A stretch of DNA of 64,000 nt from Octopus vulgaris (GCA_951406725.2 OX597825.1:20150001-20214000), one strand, 5' to 3'. Shown: positions 1 through 13,828, counted from the stretch's first letter. Translations and numbers: made by a program. The notes: generated from the letters alone by a model not told the origin.

Positions 1-145
1 TCCTTCTCACTTCCTCTGTCTCTCGACCCTCTCCATCACTCCAATTGCAGGTACTACACCTTATGTTATTGCTCACATTCTCCTACTTTCACTTCTAAAT
101 CACTCTATGTCGTCTGCCTCCCTTCGCTTACTTACATGTTATATA
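1..145. repeat. Diverged dispersed pyrimidine-rich repeat; second copy at ~1985-2145
   Basis: Shared text tgtctctcgaccctctccat(c/a)actcca(a/g)ttgc(a/t)ggtact ... cctactttcactt in both places. Confidence 0.65.
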
Positions 146-158
146 CACATGAACAAAA

Positions 159-287
159 CCTTTGTAAGCCAAGTACTTATTCTATCGGTCTCGTTTGCCG
201 AACTGCTAAGTTACGGGGATATAAACATACCAGCATTGGTTGTCAAACGATGTTGGCGGGACAAACACAGACACACAAACATACACA
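159..287 (-). mobile_element. SINE family A, 3' module only
   Basis: ctttgtaagccaagtacttattctatcggtctc...gccgaactgctaagttacgggga matches the many other family A copies in the window. Confidence 0.85.
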
Positions 288-407
288 CATTCCAATGGTA
301 CAATAGCAATTAATAGTGTTCCCACACCTAACTCACTAATCATACTCATGAATAGAGAAGTATGTACATGTTTCTATCATCCAAGCCCTGACAGAGCAGG
401 TTTCTGG
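288..407. repeat. 120-bp segment, inverted copy of 5868-5987
   Basis: Reverse complement matches 5868-5987 with 3 substitutions by manual alignment. Confidence 0.9.
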
Positions 408-408
408 G

Positions 409-640
409 GTGTGTGTGTGTGTATGTTTGTGTGTCTGTGTTTGTCCCCCGAACATCGCTTGACAACCGATGCTGGTGTGTTTACGACCCCGTAACTAAGC
501 GGTTCGGCAAAAGAGACAGATAGAATATGTACTAGGCTTACAAAGAATAAGTTCTGGGGTCGATTTGCTCGACTAAAGGCGGTGCACCAGCACGGCCACA
601 GCCAAATGATTGAAACAAGTAAAAGAGTAAAAGAGTAAAA
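409..640 (+). mobile_element. SINE family A, 3' module with (gtaaaaga)n tail
   Basis: (TG)n-tgtttgtcccccgaacatcgcttgacaaccg...tgaaacaagtaaaagagtaaaagag. Confidence 0.9.
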
Positions 641-1552
641 GTATGTATTTGTTCGACTTAGCCCTTCTTGGAGGTGCACCAGCGTGACCGTAATCTAGTA
701 ACTGACTATACGAGATATTCAGCCCAAAGCATTCCGTACAGTAAATTTCTGGTTGAAGAACCGACCCCCATATTGATTTATTAAAGAAGATCACACATTT
801 TTTGAGGGTATGGGAATAGACAATCTACTGAACACTAGAAACCAAATGACATCCATCATTTAATAAACATATGAATGTATGTATACGTTTGGGTGCAATG
901 GTATATGTTTGTGAACAGCACATGCCAAGCACTACCACGTCCTATATATGAGCATACATTATATTTATATTTCATGCAAATGTTTAGCAACAGCAGTTCC
1001 CTTTGTTATGGAAACGATATAATGAAGCAAACCACATTATGTCTCAAGCGATTGTTTTCTATTAGCATTACGCGCAGTAATTCAGTTCATATGAACAAGC
1101 TCTATGTCGATATATAGTAACGTTTGATTTTTTTTTCCTTCCTATGTTTGTTTCGGATAGATTCGTGGGCATTTTCGTCATTTATTTAAATTTTGTTCCA
1201 CTTGGGAAACTTCGTTTCAGTTGCAATTTTATTGTACCCCTAGGGTAGACATTTATCTTGCGTTTTATCGATCCGTTTCTCTCACTTTCCATATAAATTT
1301 CGTCTCTTACTTCTCTTTCATCCAATACATATAATTAAACGATATATAACATGTATATAAATGTATATAATTAATGCATATTTTTGTTATTTAAAAAGAA
1401 CGTGAAAATATATATGTGAGTAATGTCTGTTCATATATATATATATATATAAATATTTAATATATATATGCATGTAAGTATATGTATATATATATATATA
1501 CATAATACATATATATATATATAATGGAGATATACAAGTGTATATATCTATC

Positions 1553-1584
<32 letters not shown>

Positions 1585-1627
1585 CAAGTATGCATTTATA
1601 AGTAGGCAAAACTATGATTAATGTCTG

Positions 1628-1675
<48 letters not shown>

Positions 1676-1751
1676 GTTTATATGCATGTGTGTACATATA
1701 TATATATATATATATACATATATAATCTATACATGCATCTGTGTATTTGTA

Positions 1752-1798
<47 letters not shown>

Positions 1799-2525
1799 GC
1801 ATATACAAACATTCAGTTATATGTGGGCATGCATGTATATACATATATATACATGATTGCCTATGTATGCGTCTGTGTGTGCGTGTGTGAATGTATTCAC
1901 ACATATTGCTCTTCCAGTTTTTCAATCCGTCATGGCATTTATTTGCTTGTTTACATCATTTCTCTCTCCCTCTCTCTCCCCCTCTCTCTTTCTCCCTTTG
2001 TCTCTCGACCCTCTCCATAACTCCAGTTGCTGGTACTCCCTTACTTCTCATATAACTCCTCATATTCTCCCACACGTTCTCTGGACCTACTTTCACTTTA
2101 AACTCCCTCTACCTTTATTTGCCTCTCTTCGTTTACGTTCATCCATAATCCTGTCTCTCTCCCTAATTCGCTCCCTTTTCATCAACTCCCGTAGTGTGTT
2201 ACATTTCATTATCACGCATCCTTACAATATACATTTTAACACATCCATATTCTCATCATTCCGAGCACGTTCGCTACCTATCCCCTTGCTGGATCCCTTT
2301 TCGTTTCCGCAACCTATCCCTCACACTTACACACACTTACCCTCTAATTTTCTCCCTTGCTCACACTATTTTTCTTTCTCCCACCTATCTCTCGCTCTTT
2401 CATTCAACATGCATATACATAAACAAAGTTTCATATAGACATGTGTGCATGTATATGTATATATATACACAAACACACATATATACATATACACACATAC
2501 CTATATACATATTTATATATGCATA

Positions 2526-2580
<55 letters not shown>

Positions 2581-2810
2581 GTATATATACATATACATAT
2601 ATATGTGCATACATATATATATATATTTATATATACTTATATATATATGTATACATGTATATACATATACACACACACATATATATAATATATTCTATAC
2701 ATGATTATTCATATATATATATACATCGATATATATATATGCGTGTGTGTGCATGTAAAGTGCATAGTTATACATATATACATACATATAAATATATGTA
2801 TAATGTATAA

Positions 2811-2845
<35 letters not shown>

Positions 2846-3546
2846 CATACATATTTGCATAGCATACGCAAATATACAAAAGTATATCTACAATATGAAT
2901 GTGTATACACGTATGCGCGAATGAATTATGTGGGTATATATACATATTTATATAGAACCGCGCACATTGTATAATCACATATGCATGTATACAGAGACAC
3001 GCGCACACACGTCCATATGTAGATCCACCCATACACACATACATACCACACTTGTGTATAGAATGTATCTCATTATATTCTCATTTACTATTCTATACAG
3101 CATCAATTTTTCCACCCTCCTCTTTTTGCATATATAACGTATGTATATTTTTCCTATAGCCTTCTTTGGTTCTCTCTAACTTCATCGTTTTTCTCTCCTT
3201 TCCTCTCTCTTTCTCTCTCACTCTCTCTGTTTCTGTTTCTGTCTCTCTCTCTCTCTCATGCACACAGACACATACACAAATGTGTATTAGTGCTCATTCG
3301 GACATATACGCACGCATACTTCATTTGCTGCTTTGTTACTTCCCCCCCCACGCCTTCCATCACCTCTTCAACCTCAGAACATTCCATAACCAGTGTCCTA
3401 TCACTCCCTTAGTTTTTTCATATTTGACTCACCCACGATCTATTCAACTCCTATGGGTCACCAGCTACGTTATGCATGTATGCATCGATGCATGTAAATA
3501 TGTATGTATATATTTATATATATGTATATATATATACATGTGTGTT

Positions 3547-3585
<39 letters not shown>

Positions 3586-3596
3586 TTCTATATAGA

Positions 3597-3762
3597 GACG
3601 TAGAAGTAGGTGCGTGGTAAGCAGCTTGCTACCCAACGACATGGTTCCGGGTTCAGTCCCGCTGCATGGCACCTTGGGCAAGTGTCTTCTACTATAGCCG
3701 AGGGCCGACCAAAGTCTTGTGAGTGGATTTGATAGACGGAAACTGAAAAGAAGCCAGTCGTA

Positions 3763-3825
<63 letters not shown>

Positions 3826-4077
3826 GTATTATTAATATATATATTTGTAAATATATATATATATATATATGTATTTGTGTGTCTGTTTTTCCCCACTGTC
3901 ACTTAACTGATGTTGGTATGTTTACCTCCCCCGCAACTTAATGTTTCAGCAAATAACACCGATAAAATAAGTACTAGGCATGCAAAGAATATGTCCTGGG
4001 GTCGATTTGTTCCACAAAAGGTGGTACTCCAGTATGGCTGCAGTGAAATGACTGAAACAAGTAAAAGTAGAAGAATA
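3597..4077 (+). mobile_element. Full-length SINE family A (tRNA-like head, CORE-like block, internal (TA)n, 3' module)
   Basis: B-box-like gggttcagtccc, CORE-like ggcaccttgggcaagtgtctt, internal TA tract, then the 3' module. Confidence 0.85.
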
Positions 4078-4163
4078 TATGTATGTAAATACATTTAAGA
4101 TATATATATATATTCATGTGTTCTCATGTTTATATCTCTTTCTCCTTTTCTTGAACTTCACTC

Positions 4164-4207
<44 letters not shown>

Positions 4208-4280
4208 TCTCTATATCTCTCTCCATGTGTCTATATCTATCTATATCTCTATATCTCTGTCTCTCTAATTCTCTCTCTCT

Positions 4281-4349
<69 letters not shown>

Positions 4350-4388
4350 TATATATAGGTATATATGTATATATATAAATATATATAT

Positions 4389-4489
<101 letters not shown>

Positions 4490-4497
4490 GTGTCTAA

Positions 4498-4548
<51 letters not shown>

Positions 4549-5093
4549 TATATAATCGAGTCCAACATCAGTATGTCTATGGACATGTCTGTTGTATAAT
4601 CTGCCTATCAATTCCACCGTTTATACGTTTGTATGGGCATTAGTCTAAAAGTCTATCTATTCGCATCCTGTTCATTCGTCTATTTGTCTGCGCAACTGTC
4701 TATCACTATCTTTCCATCTATCTAAATACTGACTGATACAGAATTCCTAGATTCTTTCTACACTTCCATTCTTTCCTGCTGCAAACTCTTTCATATTACC
4801 TCCATCGCTTTAACTCCAACTTCTTTCTATCCTACAATTGCTTGTATCTTATTTTTTTCTTTCTCTGTATCCCTGTCCGTTATTTTGGAAACAAACACAC
4901 ATTCAAACATTATACAGACATACATTATTCAAATATACATACACACATATATACACAGAGGGGACCATAAATCAGGCAAAAAATTAGTTCAATACGTTCC
5001 GGAACTGTGAAAGACATGCTTCTAATTTTCTATAATCGAATGAAATAAATTAAGTAATAATGATTACACACGCACCTGTATATTCTGAATAAA

Positions 5094-5141
<48 letters not shown>

Positions 5142-5142
5142 C

Positions 5143-5337
5143 ATTTCTACTATTGGAACAAGGACTGAAATTTTGGAGGAGGGGCTAAGTTGATTACATC
5201 GGCCCTAGTATTCAACAGGTACTTAATTTATCGACCCCCGAAAGGATGTAAGACTAAGTCAACCTCGGCGGATTTTGAACTCAAATCGTAAAGATCGACG
5301 AAACGCTGCTAAGAATTTTGTCAGGCGTGCTAACGAT
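5143..5337 (-). mobile_element. SINE family B next to (AAT)n
   Basis: ggtacttaatttatcgacccccgaaaggatg...gaactcaaatcgtaa, reverse complement of the family B copy at 9543. Confidence 0.8.
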
Positions 5338-5394
5338 AATGTAATATAGAGAAAATGCCAAATGTTTTGGTACGTGAGTTTTGGCTCACCCTTT

Positions 5395-5434
<40 letters not shown>

Positions 5435-5454
5435 GCACACACACACACAAACAT

Positions 5455-5622
<168 letters not shown>

Positions 5623-6339
5623 TCCAAGGTATTTATGGCGGTTTTCACATACGCACACACACATGCATCCATACACTCAATCAAGCCTACACATCCATGT
5701 ATAGCTACAAACAAGGAAGCGTCCCTCATGTCAATCGATACACTAGAAATGGTCCCTGAAACACCCTCAACAAAGCAAGCAAGCGAAATGTCTTGATCAA
5801 TTTAGTCGCTGATATGCGAGAGACCGAACTGCGATGGACGGAACTGCAATGGTCGGAACGCCCCGAACCAGAAACCTGTTCTGTCAGGGCTTGGATGATA
5901 GAAACAAGTACATACTTCTCTATTCATGAGTATGATTAGTGAGTTGGGTGTGGGAACACTATTAATTGCTATTGTACCATTGGAATGAGAGACAATTATG
6001 ATTACTTACAAGTTATCGCCACAGATTTATGTAGAATTCTGTAGAATTTAGAGTTTCATATAGGCCTCTAAGCAGGTGTCGGCAGGAGAAAGCGCCTCTT
6101 TCTGGCTATGGAGCAAGGGAGAGGAGTTAAGCTGCAAGTCAGGACGGGGTGATGAGCAGCGGTGTGGCCACCTCTGTTGAGCTACCAATGGAATGTTTAT
6201 TTCGAACGCCCCGCCCCTATGATCGTCAGTCACTGCCTGATGACATCAGTTCCTCCTTGCCAAACTTCCATTCACTTTGGTCAGAGGAAAAGAAGTACCT
6301 TCTACTAGGTGTTGTCAACGCACACACACACACACACAC

Positions 6340-6396
<57 letters not shown>

Positions 6397-6431
6397 CATA
6401 CATACATTCAGTCCCATGTACACACACACAC

Positions 6432-6476
<45 letters not shown>

Positions 6477-6505
6477 TACATACATACATACATTGAGTCA
6501 CACGT

Positions 6506-6536
<31 letters not shown>

Positions 6537-9106
6537 CACATATTCTTACAAATAACACTTTTTCACATTTTGAAATATTAGTCATCTCATGCTTTAAAAT
6601 TATTTTTCTAGCTTCAAGACAGATTTGAAAATACATATTTTAGCAATAATTTCTTCATCCATTTTATTCTATGCATTTAATCGCCTACCATTAACGTCTA
6701 TATCATTGTATTTTTTACTTTATATCCTTCGAAAATTTTCGCATGTTTTGTAAGAATTTCATGTCTATTCACTTTCGCATTAATCCTCGTGTATGCAAAT
6801 ATTTTAGCTGTAGTCACATTTAATAAACATGACTAATCCAAACTTCTTTTGCCCTCCCTGTTTCTCTTTCTCCTTCTTTCTCCATCTTTTTCTCTCCCTC
6901 TCTTTGGCTCTCTCTCTATCTAACGATCTCTCTATCTATTTCTCATATTATTTCCCCAGCAGAAAAAAAAATCGATTGTAAGCTGTTATACAGCATGTAT
7001 TCTGATCCACTGGATCTTGGAATTCTCTCAATAGAGAATTTCATGAAAAGAATACATGTAAGTGTGGGGCGGACAGGATCTATTCGGGTTGACCTAAATT
7101 GGCATGTTCTAGAGAGACCACAGTAGTCAGGCTAGGTTTCGATATACGCCTCAAATTGAGGGCAAAACATACAATAGTCATATTGTACTTATTTAATTAC
7201 AAACATTACAGAAGTGCTATATATCTACTGATTATTATCTGCGACTAATTACCGATCTTAATGTCTCATGTTCAAAAGAATCGAGAATTAGAACTGGTTA
7301 AATTTACATTTGCAGAGACCCCTACTCAACAGGCATTATCATGTGTTCGATTTCAGCCCATTAAAGTATTAAATATTTGACATTTGATTCATCTCTACGT
7401 AGGAGCCGCACCATTTTCCGTGTTTTTCCCTAGGGACGATGTGAATATATCCTCGCTAAGAGAGGAAAACCTCGATCTTGTATTCGTGTACAGATCATAA
7501 ATCGATGAAATGTGTCCCAGAAATAAAGTGCTAAAATAATTTATATATATTCTTTTATTCTTTTATTCGTATCAACCATTCGTCAACGATCATGCTGGAG
7601 CTCCCCCGTGAATTTGCACTTTTACTTATGTTTCTCCTTCGGCCGTATTTTTTTCCGAATGGTAGGGCTTGATATTTCCACTCCTGTACGTGCCTTTATC
7701 CTGGTTGTTGGCCCATTTGGTTTATGAGCTAAAAAAAATTCGCAAATCACTCTGTCTCGAAAGCCAAGGGCATTAGGAAATATCGTCCTTGATACACAGA
7801 AAACAGATCCGTAACATTTTGAATGCTTGCACTGAAAATTTGTGTTACACAACATCATCACACTCTACTACATCAAGTTGTACCACAGACGCAAATACAT
7901 ACGATAGCAAATTTCTTTAATTTTAGATCACGTCATCTTGAACATGAATGAATGTACTTCGTTAAATATTTATGAATGTTTTATTTTTTAAAAAAGGAAA
8001 ATAACTTCATAGAACATTCAATAGCGAGCGGCTGCTTCAAGGATCGCTCAAAGGTACTGTTTTTCAAGCGAAGGTGGATCCTGCGGAAAAGCGACTGCTG
8101 CGCACTAAATAGAAATTTCATGACGCTTAAATGTGTTGGGCTGTCGGTTAAAATTTTTTTGTTATTTTTCATTTTATTTTAATTATTTCCAACAAGGATA
8201 TTTTTATGGGGTTTTTTAATGGCTCTTTGTAACTCTATTCTTTCGCTAACAATTTCTGTTGATCGTATTTGAAATTTAGATGAAAGTTTACTTTTTTCAG
8301 ATGTATGACGTCCCAAGCAGAACAAAAAATTAAAATGTTTTAAAATTAAAATAAAAGCGAACGAGTTTATCTCACAACCTCATATTTTCTAAAATACTCA
8401 CACAACTATAATAATATAAAAGAATTTAAAGAACTCTCCCCATAACTACACGGCATTTCTTGAATGGGAGAAATAACAGCGAAGAAGACAACAACGAATT
8501 ACCGTTATTATCTCTCTTGTCAATGTAACATCTCTTGAAACAAGTGAAAAAAAGTACTTCATTGCACAAACTGAAATCCTTGTGCATTTGATTCACACAC
8601 AAAGAGAAAACCAGCTTTAAAATACTATAATACAACATAAGTGACTTTAACCATATTTTTTATAGAGCTGAAAAGAAAAATAAATATTTAATTGTATTCC
8701 GACGAAGTTGGGGATGTTAGCCACCGGCAGAAGCTTCGTAACATACATGAAATCATGTTCCCGAAAGTGAGATATGGTAAAAGTCACAGACGAAGTAAAA
8801 GGAAATAACAGCATTTAATTATCATAATCGTTCAAAATTAAAGGGAAGTAAAATAAAACATTTGAATACACAAACGCACACACATACTTAGAGGTTCGGT
8901 GAAAGAGACTGATAGAATGTGTAATTGATATAAAGAATATGTACTGGGATCGATTCGTTCGACTAAACTGTTCAAAATTGTGCTTCATCATGGAAGAAAT
9001 TTTATGGCTGAAATAAATAAAAAGGAAAAAAGGAAGATCACATCACGCAAACATAACTCGTTTAGAGATATTATATTTAATCAACAGAATCAATCAATAA
9101 GGAGGG

Positions 9107-9456
9107 TGTAGAAACAGGAAAATGTTTAGGATCGATTGCGTGGAGGATTTAGATCGGAAAGGATCCATTTGAGACAACCCAATTTGATTGGGATCATTTA
9201 GAGAGAGATCACAAGGCTTTTATAGTTACGCTAGGTTTCGATAAACATCTCCAATTAAAAGAAATATATTTCAATAGAAGCATATCACAGAAATTTTAAT
9301 AGAAACGGCATAGACAACCTCTACCACATTTACTGATAATTTTCAGCAATTAGTAGCCAGTCCTGAAAAGCCATATTGATATCTAGGCACTTAAATCAGA
9401 AATGGATAAACGGGATTTACATCAGTGTAGATCTGGGACCCAGTTTCTCCATAACA
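9107..9456 (+). repeat. Old dispersed repeat, possibly LTR-like (TG...CA); diverged copy at ~7040-7331
   Basis: cggaaaggatccatttgagacaacccaatttga vs cggacaggatctattcgggttgacctaaattgg; both contain gctaggtttcgata and end in aaca. Confidence 0.5.
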
Positions 9457-9542
9457 AATCACATAAACTACAAAGAAACAGAAAATAGTGCACAAAGCAT
9501 TATCCTATAATATATTATAGATAGTAAATTTTAACCAGTCAC

Positions 9543-9772
9543 GGCGGCGAGCTGGCAGAAACGTTAGCACGCCAGACGCAATGCGCAGCCGTATTTCGTC
9601 TGCCGTTACGTTCTGAGTTCAAATTCCGCCGAGGTCGACTTTGCCTTTCATCCTTTCGGGGTCAATAAATTAAGTACCAATTAGGCACTGGGGTCGATAT
9701 GATCGACTTAATCTGCTTGTCTGTCCTTGTTTGTCCCCTCTGTGTTTAGCCCCTTGTGGGCAATAAGGAAAT
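9543..9772 (+). mobile_element. Full-length SINE family B (tRNA-like head, central tcatcctttcggggtc domain, tail variant 1)
   Basis: ggcggcgagctggcaga head, B box gagttcaaattcc, central gtcgactttgcctttcatcctttcggggtc. Confidence 0.9.
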
Positions 9773-10052
9773 ATAAAAGAAAATTTTAACTAGTCACACT
9801 ATGAAACAAAAAGAGAAATAAAGGAAATGAAATATCTCCCAGACAAACAAGTAGGGGTACAATTTATCAACGTTGTAAATTAAAGTTTCTGCCATTACAT
9901 TAAAAGTTACCTTCAGTTACCAGTCACATTTACTCAGCCCATTGAGTTACAAGTACAGAATTCTTAATACAATATCTCTCGCATTTATGCCAGTAAAAGA
10001 GGAGAAAGACACAAACAAAGCAGAAATCGTTGCTTCATTAATAGCCTCATTA

Positions 10053-10171
10053 TCAATCACTAATCACTGCTGAGATGTACATCAATGATGTTAAATGCAG
10101 CATAGAAATTGCTGCACTCACTCCAACTCCAATATTTCGATAGCCAGAAGCACTACCTGTAGGTCTTATAG
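10053..10171 (-). CDS. Candidate terminal exon of a minus-strand gene; frame unresolved
   Basis: Acceptor tattcttag (alternative cctacag at 10157); phase-1 reading AIRPTGSASGYRNIGVGVSAAISMLHLTSLMYISAVISD* ends in a TGA-TAA-TGA stop cluster and resembles a GPI-anchor signal. Confidence 0.3.
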
Positions 10172-10316
10172 CTAAGAATAGTCATGCTATATTATGAACA
10201 ACAGCTCTGTGAGTCGGGCATGATGATGCGACTCACTGACTTCATGTCATAAGTCTATTCGACTATGTGCTATACAACATCAACACTACACAGCACTGCA
10301 CCAACCACAACCGTTT

Positions 10317-10510
10317 GGAGGCGCAATGGCCCAGTGGTTAGGGCAGCGGACTGGCTCTCGTAAAAACGCGCCTTCGATTCCCAGACCGGGCATTGTGAGT
10401 GTTTATTGAGTAAAAACACCTAAGCTCCACGACGCTCCGGCGGTGGGGGAATGGTGAACCCCGCTGTACTCTTTTGCCACAACTTACTCTCACTCTTCCT
10501 ACTTCTGCCA
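10317..10510 (+). mobile_element. tRNA-derived SINE (third family), 3'-truncated
   Basis: A box tggcccagtgg, B-box-like cttcgattcc. Confidence 0.75.
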
Positions 10511-10526
10511 CAAAGCAGAGGAACCA

Positions 10527-11205
10527 TGTTGTAACCCACTATGGTGTGGTAAAATTTTAGACCCTAGTCTAGATTGCGAATCCTCTGTACCCCAGGATGG
10601 TTCAGCTCTCCACCTGTTAAAAGCCACCGTTTACAGAATGAGGATAACAACGTAGCTTTCGCTCCCGTGCAATCGCCAGTCTATCGTATGTGGTTGGTGG
10701 ATCTTCAAGTTGGATCTTAGTAGCTTATAGTAGGCTCGAAGTAGAGATTATTCTTTGTGGCTTATGGCGTGAGTCCTGATTAGAAGAAGGTCACAACCGT
10801 CCACGTAATTAGCAAACAAGCAAATCATACAACACAACACCACAGATAAATTACCAAACAGGAGCAAACGAAGGAACGATGACGGTTGTTCGACATACTG
10901 CAAATAACAGCCAAAATTTTCCTCTCATCTCGCCAGGTTGCATTAGACAAAATAGTCCTGAACACGCTGCGTATAATGAAAAACAGTCATGGCAGGAGCC
11001 CTTGGTTATAAACCTATCGATGACAGCAAAATTTGAACTAAGCAGTGACACGAACAAGGCTACCACACGAAACCATCGACTGACCGTTTGGGTAGATGCT
11101 GTTGGTCTGCTGCCGAGGACAAAATAAAGGAACTACTGACTCTTGTAGAGAATACAAACTCATTCAGACGGCTTCATTCGTCTGGTTCTTCGTAGTTAGA
11201 TAACA
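10527..11205 (+). mobile_element. Putative solo LTR (~680 bp)
   Basis: Begins tgttgtaac and ends gttagataaca (imperfect inverted termini); AATAAA at 11123; GC-richer than flanks; no clear TSD. Confidence 0.4.
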
Positions 11206-11389
11206 TCTAAATATATTTCATCAGCGTGTGTAAAGTGAATAACATAAACAGATGACATTTCTTCTTTGTTGACGGTATTCAAGGTGAAATCGAACCATAT
11301 ATACTGCTTAAATCGGAGAATCAGACTTGCTTTTGTGGCTTCTTTCTCAACATAATCTTCAATGTGGTTTCCTAACAAGATTTACAGAA

Positions 11390-11760
11390 CTTCATAAATA
11401 CCAAGTGAAGCGATCATTGATATCGTTTTATGCTGTATTTTACTCAATTTTGTTACAGTACAGTTCTAAAATCTAGAAAATTATGAAATCCTTAAAGCCA
11501 AGTTTTACTAATACGTAACGGGATCGACAATGCTGAATCCTTGTTCAGTTATCCATTTCACACGTGATTTCAAGGGAAGCTCAAGCCATCCTCTCACTTG
11601 TTCTAATGAGAAGGGTACTAAGTGAAAATGTTTCGAATATTCGAAGGGATTACAGAATTGTGATATTAAAAGGTAAGTTATTTTATAGGCTACAAGCGGC
11701 GTAGCTAAGGTAACTTTACGTTTGTCAAGTATTGAGCACAATTTGCAACCTTCAATAGTC
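11390..11760 (-). pseudogene. Highly decayed hAT (Buster/ZBED5-like) transposase remnant
   Basis: Peptides VAYKITYLL, TEQGFS and LELYCNKIE resemble hAT motifs ASYKVAYL, CE(Q/R)GFS and DLRLxLTKIEP. Confidence 0.3.
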
Positions 11761-12343
11761 AAGATTTAAGGCTTAACATATGACACGCTTCACTGTACGG
11801 AACATATAATACTCAGTCGATATCGACTTGAAGTGGTATAGTGTTGCACATATTTATTTCTAAACTATTTCAGTGTTAAATGCTAAATGAACCCAATTTA
11901 AGCCAACATATACAAGAATGGCGTTTAATAGATTGCAATATCCCGGTGAGCTGAATTAACAACCCGATTTTATTTCTTCTTGAAATGATTTCGCTTAACT
12001 CGGCGCAATCAAATCCTTTGAGTAAAGCAGTAAAGTGGTGCAATTTTCCCCCAATATATCTGAGGTGATGTGTCTATTATATCAAAGAAGATCCCGCCGG
12101 GCTAGCCTTTTCCTTACATCACTGAAAGAGCGATGAAATTAAATAAGTACCGTTATGCATTTATTCACCGTATGCTATGCCATTTAATCATCGATAACCT
12201 GCTCCTAATAATAATATTGGACTCGTGCCAAATCAAAACAAATCAATATATACCAGCAATGTATATAAAATATGATATAATTGAATTAAGGTAATGGTTC
12301 TTAATAACCAAAGCAGTATTGTGAGGGGAGAATAAGTACTTAC

Positions 12344-12378
12344 CAGAACGAAGGGGGATTTCGTAATCGACATAGTTC
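12344..12378 (-). CDS. Candidate 35-nt microexon
   Basis: ttctgctag|gaactatg...cgttctg|gtaagta; open in all three frames. Confidence 0.4.
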
Positions 12379-13407
12379 CTAGCAGAATGGCTTTTAGCAA
12401 TGTTTAGAATAAAAGTGGGAATTAAACGATGGAACTGAGATTATTTCTGCGCAAGGGATCGCAGCATTAATATTATAAATTCCGTTTGCGTTTTTATTAC
12501 GATTATTGATGTTGTTTGTTCTTTTCGTTTTAATCCAGCAGACGGGGGGAATGTGCAGATAAGATTTTAGATAACCTAATACCGACAACTCACAGAAACA
12601 GTTAGACATTCAAATAACATGTTCAGTAGATTATCAGCAATCTTACATAACATTTGTTTAATCTATTATCAAATTGTTAAGCAATTGTTTAATCTATTAC
12701 CAAATCGCTTGTTTCTCCTTCCAAGTTTTACATAACTGTATTTAACGTTAAATCATAACCTCTGGTATAAATTCTTCATTAGTTTTTACAAGGGCTTACT
12801 TATATTGATTTCTCTTGAAAAGACAAGAGGTTCTTTATGGGAACAGAAAATGTGACGTTGAGAGAATCGGCAACAATCAATTAATGGCGCACATTTGACG
12901 AACAGATCTCCATATGTATATATTCTCAGAATGCACAGAGCGGCATTAAGTATTGCATGTCATTTAATTAGGCGACCTACGATTGCCTTAGAGTATTTTC
13001 TCGTATCTTCGTCTTGCGGAATGAACACTGTATATGAAGAATAAGATCTCGACTAAATCAATTCCCGATACGGCTTCCGTGATTGACTGAGTACACTTCC
13101 TTTCAAATACGTACTTCATGGTGTTAAAAATGCATCATACTCACAGAATTTGCGTTTCGACCCTCCCCACCTCCACCACTTTACTGGTAAAGGCACCGTC
13201 TGCGCTTTAGATTCTGAATCTATCCATATGTGTGTGTGTCTGTCTATCTGTTTGTCTATCTGTCTAAATCGGAAATAGTGGCACGACAAGGCACCAAAGT
13301 TTGCTGGAAATAGCAGTGTATAACCGTCCAATGCTATGTAAAGCTTCACTGAATGTATAGAGGTAAATATGTGTGCGGGTGACGAACATAGAAAATTTTC
13401 GTCTTAC

Positions 13408-13439
13408 CTCTGGGAAAGAACGCCGGAGAAATGAGCAAC
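13408..13439 (-). CDS. Candidate 32-nt microexon
   Basis: tactaagttatctattctag|gttgctc...cccagag|gtaagac with branch-like tactaag; open in all three frames. Confidence 0.45.
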
Positions 13440-13828
13440 CTAGAATAGATAACTTAGTACTCGAGTTACGCACATTCCAGAATACGATTCTATCGTAAAT
13501 CTAGTTAGTCTTCTTCGGGTAGGTTCACTTAACACGAAATTTAAAATATACGTTACATCAACGCCTGTGTATTTGACTGATACGCCTAGCCATAAACAGT
13601 TCGGAGATCAATGAAAAGGTTATCATATAAAAAATATAAATATCATTGCAATACAATAGTATTATATACCAGCGCCATTAAGTTTCATATACAGAGAATT
13701 AATCAAGCCCAATCTTCAGACGCAAACAATGAGTAGCGATTAAAGACATGTGCCGTTTAAATTATAATATTTATCTGTCACCAGATGGAGCACTATTTTT
13801 GTTGATTTTTCTATTACCGAACAGTACG

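Noticed and set aside
7100-7180. VRLGFD...QIEGKT resemblance to a Helitron helicase motif
   Set aside because: Needs a frameshift, has no flanking motifs and is not kept in the related copy at 9107-9456
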